Shown: positions 54,071-64,000 of the stretch, piece after piece
How the letters are laid out: every line of letters starts with the position of its first letter
Position numbering within the stretch: the first letter of the stretch is position 1
NCBI GenBank assembly: GCA_013239625.1
Contig: MU053557.1
Span: forward strand, 1,247,063-1,311,062
Origin: Lama guanicoe
Taxonomy: Eukaryota
DNA length: 64,000 nucleotides
Direction: 5' to 3'
Made by a program: the position numbers and the translations under genes
The notes under the pieces: model-generated
What the model saw: only the letters and a program-made list of their open reading frames with translations
What the model was told of the DNA's origin: nothing
The model's database searches: none

Positions 54071-55945
54071 TTTCAATTTTAGAGAAAGAAAAGACCATCA
54101 ATCCTCTTTCCAGACTGTTTTTAAGCTAGGGTGGGCCGCAGGACCTTTTTGTCTGTTTTACTTTGATTCAGTTCTTTTCTTTTAAATCTGATGAATTCTT
54201 CTCCCTGAAAAGTATGTCTTTTCCCCCTTATACATGTAAAATATTGCATAAAATTTCTAGGGAACCCTGAAGCTGTTTATGTTCAAGATCCCCTGTTAGA
54301 GCTCAACCTTTAAGTATGAAAGGCAAGGAAACTCGGTTTTGCAAATCAGGGCCTTTAAAGGAGGAATGAGCCTTGAGAGTGAAAGGTCATGCTGTCATTC
54401 TGCTTCAGGAAAGGAGATGGACATCCAGCCCCTATCTGGATGGTTGAATCAGTGAAATATACATGGAAAGTCTTGGCCAATCTGCATTCCCTCCAATGGG
54501 GGGAAAGTTTTCTGAATAGCAGGAGAATTGGTCCCATCAGTCCAGAAGTTGAAACAAGTAAGATGGTGCAGACTGAAAACTGGGAGTCCAGCCTCCAATA
54601 TGCTGTTGGGAGTTGAGCCAGTCAAGACAGGTTGATCTGACTGCTGACCCACCTGCAGCATCAAAACGCCCAGGTTCATTCAGGCATAGCATGCAGTAAT
54701 GGAGTATGAGTTTAAAATAGTCTGAAATGTATGAGAACCTGACACTACATTTACTAATGGGCATGATTTATGGTGTCACATTTAGCAATGTTTTGGTCCT
54801 GACAGCACCGTTTATATTCATCATCTTAGCTTAGGAAGATCAGAGGTCAGGTATATAACCAAAACCACAAGTATTCTGAATCATTGCATTGAACTTTGGT
54901 TGGTATTTTTAAAGCAACTTGCCTCTGAGAAGCATAAGGGAAAGAAATGTGCTTTTTATGAAGATTTTTGGCAAATAATTGCATTATTGGAGCACGGTCT
55001 TTTAGGGTCAGCACTTTATATCCAATTACCAGTGAATGAAATGGATGGTTCCTCTGACTTGTCATTTCTGCTCTGCAGGCACTTAAGATAATCCTCAGTA
55101 ACTTTTCTGGTTAAAGTGAATTTATTGCTGGCAAAAATATTCCTCGAATTGGATGCTGTCTCCAAATGAAGAACGCAGTAAACATGCTGCCTGGAAATTG
55201 GCTTTTTTCAAATTGCTTGTTCGCCCAGGCAGAAGAGGCCCTTAAAAAAACAAACAAAACATAATCAGCATAATCTTAATCTTTTGCCTGATTAGTGGTA
55301 AAAAGACTGGATTGAATTTGAACCTTGTGAATTCCAACTGTGTTTCTGCTACTGTCTTCCTGAATTCCCCATGGAAGGTCCCTTAAGCCTCTCAGGCTTT
55401 CTTGTTTCAGCTCAGGTGCCCACTCTGTCTTTCATGAGGGCAGACAAGTCACTCCAAACTTCAACTCTACTATTTGTGAGAAGGGAATAACACCTCTCTC
55501 AACATGCCATGAGAGCTCAAATGAATCGTCATTAAAACACTTAAAACTGAGCCTGGCACAGAGCAGGCCCTCAGCTAATTATTGTCATTACTTCTATCTC
55601 AAAGACATGAATATATAGAGGAGTAGAGAAATTGATCAAAAAAGAAGTAAGCTGAAATATTACTCAATTTTCTAGATTAACGTTGTCCTGAAAAGATGAG
55701 TTTTTTGGAACAGATTCCATCTCCAAATAGTGTTTTTACCTTTGATTTTTTTTTTAATGAAGATATATCCCTATGAAAGATGATTTGACTTAAACGTTAA
55801 TATTTTGTGTATGATAAAATAGTCACTTTTGTTATTTTATTTTTTAAATATGTTTGTCAAGTGTTAGTGCTACCTAAATTAAATTGGGGTAGTCATGCAA
55901 CAAGTATCAGTATTGTAGTGCTGGACTAGAAAAAGCTCTGATTAG

Positions 55946-56936
55946 TGTGGTAGTCAGAATAGTGTCCCCCTCAGCCTCACCCCAAAGGTACACATGTCCT
56001 CATTCTCCAGAAGCTGTGAAAATGCAAAGTTACATGGCAAAGAGGAATTAAGGATGTATATGGAGTTAAGATTGCTAATCAGTTGATTGGGAGTTTTTCC
56101 TGGATCATCTCGGTGGGCCCAGTGTAATCACAAGGGTCCTGAAAAGTAGAGAAAGGAACAGGAAGTGGAGATCAGCATAATGGGATGTGTGAAGGACTAG
56201 ACTGACTGCTGCTGGCTTTGAGGATGGAAGAAGGGAGCCACAGACCAAGGAATGCAGAATGCCTCCAGAATCTGGAAAAGGACAGGAAATAAATTCTCCC
56301 TTTGAACCTCCAGAAAGAGGTACAGTCAGGTGGACACTTTGATTTTAGTGCAGTGAGGTCTGTTGTGTTGGACTTCTGACCTACAGAATTATAAGAAAAT
56401 ATATTTGTGTTATGTAAGCCACTCATTTTGGAATTTGTTATACCAGTTGTCTACTGAAGAAAAATGTACAACCTGTAAGCTGCAAGTAAGTTTTATTTGG
56501 GGACTTTACTGAGGACTATAGCCAGGAGACAGCCTCTCAGATAGCTCTGAGAAACTGCTCCAAAGAGGTAAGGGAGAAGACAGGATATATAGGAGGTTTT
56601 TTTGTTTTTTTGTTTTCTGGAAAAGAAAATGTAGTTGAACATCAAAAGATTACCAGTGATTATGGAAACAGACATATCAAGTTAATGATTTTAATGTTTT
56701 TCTGTATATGGGAAGTTACAAGAGTCTAGGCTCGTTGAAATTATTCCTGAGATGTGCATCTTAGCTACCTAGGACCAATATCCAAAGAACTTAATTCTTC
56801 CTGTTTTTCTCTGTCTTGAATTTTCCTCAGGGTGTAACAATAGGGAGTAGGGATCTGAGTTGGGTGATGGCTTGATCCTTGTTTACTGGAATGGCAGGCA
56901 ACATTTCTGTCTATACAGTAAGAGGAAACTAATACA
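55946..56936 (+). mobile_element. MLT1D-like MaLR LTR, split near its end by an ERV LTR
   Basis: tgtggtagtcagaatagtgtcccc...gttacatggcaaagaggaattaagg...ggacttctgacctacagaa...; terminal ggaaactaataca resumes after the insertion. Confidence 0.82.
56448..56915 (-). mobile_element. ERV1-class solo LTR
   Basis: Begins tgtc, has ttttatt (AATAAA on minus) near that end, and a 4-bp TSD cagt at 56444-56447 and 56916-56919. Confidence 0.75.
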
Positions 56937-57130
56937 GTTAGCGATAATGATTGGGTCTTATCTGTATAAAACATATTTGTATAGGACTTATTGCAAACAT
57001 ACGTTCACATATTTTTGAAAACTGAGGGGTATTTAGTCCTCCTGACCTCATCAGACAAGCCAGTGGTTCAAAGCAGTGAGGAGGCTGTTGCAGTAAGCCT
57101 GGCACCAGGTAAGGGTGGCTTGAACCTGGC

Positions 57131-57483
57131 TGTTACGAACCAAAAATGTTTGTGTTCCCTCCAAATCCACATCTTGAAATCCTGCCTCCTAATGGGATAG
57201 TGTTAGAAGATGGGGCCTTTGAGAGGTGACCGTATCATGAGATAGGTTTCTCATGAATGGAATTCATGCTCTTATGAAGGAGATCCCACAGAGCTCCCTA
57301 GCCACTCCCACCCTGTGAGGATACAGTGAAAAGTGTGCAGTTCAGAGGAGGGCCCTCACTTGACCACACTGGCACCTTGACCTCACAATTCCAGCTTCCA
57401 GAGATGTGAGGAATAAATTCCTGTTAATTATAAGCTACCCAGTCTGTGATATTTTGTTATAGTAGTTTAAATGGACTAGGACA
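57131..57483 (+). mobile_element. MLT1A-like MaLR LTR inserted in L2
   Basis: atgtttgtgttccctccaaatcc...aataaattcctgttaattataagctacccagtctgtgatattttgttatag...actaggaca. Confidence 0.82.
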
Positions 57484-58094
57484 CTGGGTCGATGGAAATA
57501 ACAGGAATTAATCAGATTCTAGATATATTTTGAAGTTAAGGACATCAGTTTTTTTTTTCTGGCATATAGAATGTGGGCATGAGAATAAAAAAGATGAAAA
57601 ATGACTGTAGTATTTTGAACCTGATCATTCATTGAGTGACTATGGATGGAGCAGTTTTGGGAAATAGGAGAGAATTAGCAGTTTAATTTTGGACATACTA
57701 GATTTGAAATATCTACTAGGCATACAATAGAGAAGTCAAGTCGGCAGTTGGACAAACAAGTTTGGAGTTCTAAATCTGGAATGGTGTAAACTTGGGAACT
57801 GTTAACATGTCAGTGGTGTTTAAAGTCATGAGACTGGATGAGATCATCTCGGGAGTGAGTATGCAGAGCAGAAAGAATCAGAATTGAGCCTGAGGCATGG
57901 CAACTTTAAGAGGCCTGGGAGATGAGGAGAGACAGCCAAGAAGTTTTAGAAAGTTTGCTGAAAGAGGTAAAAGAATAAGCAGGAAGTGAAGCCAAGTGAA
58001 GGTAGCGGTGACTCTTATTCTTACATGTTGCTTTTAAGTCACACGATATGGGTAATATTTGTAGACCCAAGATAGGATTCTTCTACATCAACAT

Positions 58095-58302
58095 GCCTCA
58101 GCTGAGCCATAACTGACATTATGGATCAGATAATTTTTGTTGTTGTTGTGGCAGATTATCCTGTGCATTATGGGCTGTTTAGCAACATCCCTGGTCACCA
58201 CGCACTAGATGCCAGTGCCGTGGTCCCAGTTGTGAGAACTAGTCTCCAGACATTGCCAGATGTACTTTTGGAGACAAAATGGGTCTTGGTTGAGAACTGC
58301 TG
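58095..58302 (+). mobile_element. MER20-like hAT-Charlie element
   Basis: cctgtgcattatgggctgtttagcaacatccctgg...cactagatgccagt...tctccagacattgccagatg...ggttgagaactgctg. Confidence 0.8.
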
Positions 58303-58959
58303 TTCTACATATGTTCTAACTTAACATGATTCTCATTTATTAACTCCTGTCAAGTGGAAAGTCCAGCAGGCTGGGAGAAGAAAATCCTTGGGGTTAAGGC
58401 AGAGTCGGTCCTCTTTCAGGAAGACTGGGAATCATCAACAGCAAGCCAGCAGCCTTCACTCCAGACAGAAGGGCAGACCATCCATTTCATGGCTGAATTG
58501 CCTTTCAATGATAGCTTGATTAGCATCATTTTGTACCAGTTTATCTCTGAATCACTACGCACAGAAACTGACTCCACCAACCTTCAGGGTAAATGGAAAT
58601 CCTCTGGCTTGATTTTGTCAAGCAATCGCGTAGACTCTGAAGTGCCTAATTAACTTTGTTTTCTTGATGTTTTTGTGCCTGGAGGACCAGAAACAGAAGC
58701 AGATCTGCACACTAAGGAGGTAATTTTCTAGGGAGGTAATTAGAGCTACTGCCATTGTACCATTGACCACTGGGGTAGAAAAAAGCTGAGTACACTTAAG
58801 GATTTTTGTCAGTCTGTTTCTGGAAAGGATAAAATGTAAAATAAAAAAGAAGCAAATATATTAATAAGGAGGGAGGCACCACACAGCTAGAAATCGAAGG
58901 AAAATACCCACACACATGGAAATGCTGATAAGGATGAGGATGATGATGACAATGATGCC

Positions 58960-60300
58960 TCATTTATTGAGCAGCTGCTTATTGCGTGTTTCCTTGAGTG
59001 ATTTTTATTGAGTGTTTCTGTTCCTAGTGTTTGAGAATATGGTAGTAAATAAAACAAAAAAAGTAAATTCTACCCTCATGATGCTTTCATTCTGTTGGGA
59101 GAAATAATGAACAAGTTACTGTCTTAGTTTGTTCAGGCTGTTATAAAAGAATACCATAGACTGGTGGCTTATAAGCAACAGACAGGTATTTCTCACAGTT
59201 CTAGAGGATGGAAAGTTTAAGACCAAGGCACTGGCAAGTTCATTGTCTGGCGAGAGCCTGCTTCCAGGTTCACAGACGGCTGTCTTTTCACTGCATCGTC
59301 ACCTGGCAAAAGGAGTGGGGGATCTCTGTGAGGTCTCTTTTATAAAGGCACCAACCCTATACATGAGGACTCCACCTTCGTGACCTGAGCAGCTCCCAAA
59401 GGCCCCACCTCCTAATGCCATTACATTGGCTTTAGATTTCAACATAGAGATTTTAAGGGACCACAGATACTCAGTTTAAAGCAGTTATAGAGTCATAATG
59501 CTGAAGAGAAAAGATCAATCAGGGAAGAAAGATATGAAATACTGAAGAGGTTGGTATTTGGTGAGGATTACCAATAAGGGAGCTGAGAAACAGTATTCTA
59601 GGAATAGGGAGTAACAAGTTCACAAGGGAACATGCCTAGTATGTTGGAAGAACAGCAGGAAAAGCATTGTAGCCCAAGAAATAAAATGGGCAGAAGGCAG
59701 TATAACATGATATAAAGGTCAGAAAGTTAATGGGAGGCCAGGTAACGTAAGACTTGTAGTTCTTGGTACTTCAGAGTAAAAACATTGGCTTTTATGCTAA
59801 ATAAGGTGGAAGCCAATACAAGGTGCTGGGCAGAAGAATGACCTGATTAGATTTTAGCAAGATAATTCTTAAAGCTGTGTTGAGAATAGATACTCAGGGA
59901 AAGGTCAGAGGTAAGACTGGTTGGGACCGTTCCAGTAATCAAGGAGATAAAAGGTGGTGGTTTGAATCAGACTTATGGCAGCAGGGATGGTGTGACACAG
60001 TCAAATTCTATATAGACTGAAAGTAGAAAAAGCAGATTTTGTTCCAGGAAAATATGTAGTGTTTGAGTGAGAGAGTAGTCAAGGATGACTTTAACATTTT
60101 GGCCTGAAAGACTGGAAGGATGGAGTTGCATTTACTGAATTGGAAATTTTGCTGCATGTGCTTTCAGGGAGAAGATGAAAAATCAGGCTCTGTTTTGGAC
60201 ATGCAAAGGAGGGGAAGATTTCAATTAAGCAGTAGGATATAGGGGTCTGAAGTTCAATAGAGAGGCATGAGCTGAAGATAGGCTTTGTGAATCATTAAGA
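58960..60300 (-). mobile_element. Long L2 LINE fragment (interrupted by MLT1A)
   Basis: catttattgagc...gtcaaggatgactttaacattttggcctga...ggatggagttgcatttactga...tgttttggacatg. Confidence 0.68.
59120..59483 (-). mobile_element. MLT1A-like MaLR LTR inserted in L2
   Basis: tgtcttagtttgttcaggctgttataaaagaataccatagactggtggcttataagcaacag. Confidence 0.82.
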
Positions 60301-60363
60301 TATAATGATGATGAAAAATAACTTGATTTCCCATTTCATATTTTGTCATATTTTGGTGATAAT

Positions 60364-63300
60364 TTTATTTTTATTGGAGTATAGTTGATTTACAGTATTG
60401 TATTCATTTCAGATGTGCAGCATAGTGATTCAGTATTCTTACAGATTATACTCTATTAAAATTATTACAGGATACTGGCTCTAGTTTCCTTTGCTATACA
60501 ATGTATCCTTGTTGCTTATCTCTTTTTATACATAGTAGTTTATATCTTTTAATCCCATACCCCCAATTTGCAAAACCCTTCCCCTCTTCCCTGTGATAAC
60601 TACTCGTTTGTTTTCCGTATCTGTAATTCTGTTTTGTATATATATGCATTTGTGTTATTTATTAGGTTATATATACAAGCTTTATCATACAGTATTTTTC
60701 TTTCTCTACTTAATTCACTAAGCATAATATTCTCTGGGTCCCTCTACATTGCTGCAACAGCAGAATTTCTTTTTTATGTCTGAGTAATATTCCATTGTAT
60801 GTATATGTGTGTGTGTGTGTGTGTGTGTATACACCACAACTTTATCCATTTGTTTGTTGATGGGCATTTGGATTGCTTTTACATCTTAGCTATTGTAAAT
60901 AGTCCTGATAGGAACATTGAGGTGCATGGATCTTTTCAAATTAGTGTTTTTATTTTTTCCAGATACCCAAGGGTGGAATTCCTGGATCATAGAGTAGTTC
61001 TGTTTTTAGTTGTTTAAGGAACCTCCATTCTGTTTTCCATAGTCACTGCACAAATTAAGATTCCTGCAAACAGTTATTTGTAGACTTTTTGATGATAGTC
61101 ATTCTGAAGACAAGTGTGAGATGATATCTCATTGTTATTTTATTTTGCATTTCTCTAATAATTCATGATGTTGAGCATCTTCATATGTGCCTATTAGCCA
61201 TCTGTATGTAATTGGAAAAATGTCTATTCAGGTCTTCTGCCCATTTTTTGATTGGATTATTTATTTTGATATTGAGTAGTATGAGCTGTTTATATATTTT
61301 GGATATTAAGTCCTTGTCAGATAAGTCATTTGCAAATATTTTCTCTCACTCCATAGGTTGTCTTTTTGTTTTGTTGATGGTCTCCTTTGTTGTGCAAAAG
61401 CTTTTAATAATTCCCATTTGCTTGTTTTTGTTTTTATTTCTTTTACCTTAGGAGAGATGTCTAAAAAAACATTTTGCTGCAATTTATGGGAAAGAGTGTT
61501 CTACCTATGTTCTCTTTTAGGAGTTTTACACTTTCAGGTCTTATATTTAGGTATTTTAATCATTTTGAGTTTATGTTTTTATCTGGTGTGAGGTAATGTT
61601 CTAATCTCATTGTTTTATATGTAGTTGTCCAGTTTTTCCTTCTTTGTTGTATATTAATCAGGCATAGGTGTATGGGTTCATTTCTGGGCTCTCTATGTTG
61701 TTCCAATGAATTGTCTGTTTTTGTGCCAATACCATGCTGTTTTGATTACTGTATCTTTGAATCTGGGTGCATGCTACCTTCACCTTTGTTCTTTTTTCTT
61801 AAGATTGCTTTGGTAATTCAGGGTTTCTGTGGTTCCATAAGAATTTTAGGATTATTTGTTCTAGTTAAAAATGTCATGAGTACTTTGATAGGAATTGCAT
61901 TAAGTCTGTAGATTGCTTTGGGTAGTATGGCCGTTTTAATGATACTCATTCTTCTAATCTAAGAGTATAGGATGTCTTCCCTTTTCTTTGAATCATCATC
62001 AGTTTCCTTCATCACTGTCTTATAGTTCCCAGAGTATAGATCTTTCACATCCTTAGCTAAGTTTATTAATAGGTATTTTTTATGTGATTTTAAATGGAAT
62101 TGTTTTTAATTTCTTATGGTGATCATTCATTCTTAGTGCATAGGAATACAACAGATTTCTGTTTGTTAATGCTGTATTCAGAAACCTTGTGAATTTATTT
62201 AAGAGTTCAAGTAGTTTTTATGTGGAGACTTGAGGATATATGGAGTATCATGTCACCCACAAATAGAGGCAGTTTTAACACCTTCCTTTCAGTTTGGATA
62301 CATTTTTATCTATTTTTCTTGTCTGACTATTGTGGCTTGGACTTCCAATACTATGTTAAATAGAAGCAGTGAGAGTGGGTATCCTCGTCTTGTTCCTGAA
62401 CTCAGCATGAGGGCTTTCCGCTTTTTTCCAGTGCGTATTGTATTGGCTGTCAGTTTGTCATAAATGGACATTCTTATGTTGAGATATGTTTCCACTGGAC
62501 TCATTTTGATGAGAGTTTTTATCATAAATGGATTTTGAATTTTGTGCATCTATTGAGATGATCATGTGACTTTTATCCTTCTTTTTGTTAATGTGCTGTG
62601 GTGTCTCATAGTGATTGATTTGTGTATGCTGAACAATCCTTGTGACACTGAAATAAATCCAACTTTGATCATGGTGTATGATCCTTTATATGTATTGTTA
62701 GATATAGTTCCCTAACAATTTGTTGAAGATTTTGCATCTATATTCATCAAACATATTGTCATATACTTTTCTTTTCTTTCCTTTTTTTTTTTTTTGGTAG
62801 TGTTTTTGTCTGCTTTTGGTATCAGGGTAAATGAGGCTTAGTCAAGTGAATTTGGGAGTATTCCTTCTGCTTCAATTTTCTGGAACAGTTTGAGAAGGAT
62901 AGGTCACTAGTTCTTTTTAAAATGCTTGGTAGAAGTCCCCTGTGAAGCCATTCAGTCCTGAACTTTTGCTTGGTGGGAGCTCTTAATTACAAATTTAGTT
63001 TCACTGCTAGTGGTTAGTCTGTTCAGACTGTCTGTTTTTTCCTTATTCAGTTGGGAAGATTGTATGTTTCTAGAAATGTGTCCATTTCTTCTAAGTTGCC
63101 TACTTTTTGGCACATAACTGCTCACAGGATTCTCATTTTTTTTGTATCTCTTTGGTATCACTTGTTATTTCTCCTCTTTCATTTCCTATTTTGTTTATTT
63201 GCATCCTCTCACTTTTTATCTTGGTGAGCTTGGCTAAAGGTTTATCAGTTTTATCTTTTAAAGAAACCAGTTCTTGGTTTCATTGAGTTTTTCTGTTTTT

Positions 63301-64000
63301 TAAAATCTCTATTTTACTTATTTCCTCTCTGATCTTTGTTATTTCCTTCCTTCTGCTAACGTTGGGCATGGTTTGTTCTTCTTCTAATTCCTTTAGATGA
63401 TGGGTTAAGTTGTTTATTTGAGATTTTGGTTTCTTGAGGAAGGCCTGTATTGCTCTGCACTTCCCTCTTAGAACTGCTTTTGTAGTATTCCATAGATTTT
63501 GGAAAGTTGTGTTTCCATTTTGATTTGTCTTGGGGTATTTTCAGATTTTCTTTTTGATTTCATCATTGACCAACTGGTGTTTTGTAACATGTTGTTTAGC
63601 CTCTTCATGTTTGTGTTTTTTTTTCCCATTTTTCTTCCTGTAGTTGATTTCTAATTATATACCTTTGTCAGAAAAAATGCTTGATATAATTTCTATTCTC
63701 TTAAATTTGTTGAGGCTTGTTTTGTGACCTAGTATGTGATCTGTCCTGGAGAATGTTACATGTGTACTTGAAAAGAGTGTATATTCTGCTGTTTTTGGAT
63801 GTAATATCCTATAGATATCAATTAAGTCCAACTGGTTTACTATGTTATTTAAGACCACTATTCTGAATGATCTGTCCGTTGCTATCAGTGGTCTGCTAAA
63901 GTCTCCTACTGTTACTGTATTATTGTCAACTTTTCCCTTTTTGTCTGTTAGCATTTGCTTGGTATATTTATGTGGTCCTGAATTGGGTATGTATATGTTA
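60364..64000 (-). mobile_element. Older LINE-1, 3' UTR through ORF2 RT and endonuclease domains (runs off window end)
   Basis: ORF fragments [11 protein letters not shown]...IYDKLTAN...[20 protein letters not shown] (RT) and TVTVGDFSRPL...LDLIDIYRILHPKTAEYTLFSSTHVTFSRTDHILGHKTSLNKFK (EN); many stops and indels. Confidence 0.93.
60806..60827. repeat. (TG)n microsatellite within the L1 3' region
   Basis: Read directly. Confidence 0.9.

Overview
Repeat-rich, CpG-poor mammalian genomic DNA (intronic or intergenic). I found no intact protein-coding gene, RNA gene or CRISPR array, and I could not identify a host gene. The repeats are ancestral eutherian families (MIR, L2, CR1/L3, MLT1/ERVL and ERV1 LTRs, hAT MERs, old L1M) plus young LINE-1 copies. 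From memory, their 3' UTR resembles camelid (alpaca/camel) L1, and I saw no Alu, B1, BovB, PRE or SINEC elements, so a camelid genome is likely (inference). Main results: (1) a 5'-truncated, intronless, decayed NAMPT processed pseudogene on the minus strand (22447-24749) with 15-bp target-site duplications (TSDs) and essentially no poly(A) tail; (2) a young ~3-kb L1 (27150-30195, minus) that keeps its CpG-rich 5' UTR, ORF1, ORF2 tip and 3' UTR but lacks almost all of ORF2, with a junction at a candidate splice acceptor, nested in the tail of an older L1; (3) several other nested insertions with readable TSDs; (4) a few repeat-free, motif-rich blocks that may be conserved enhancers. Repeat family names come from recalled consensus similarity, and boundaries are approximate unless TSDs are given. 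I do not see convincing evidence of a new biological system; the ORF2-less L1 is the best candidate for something undescribed.
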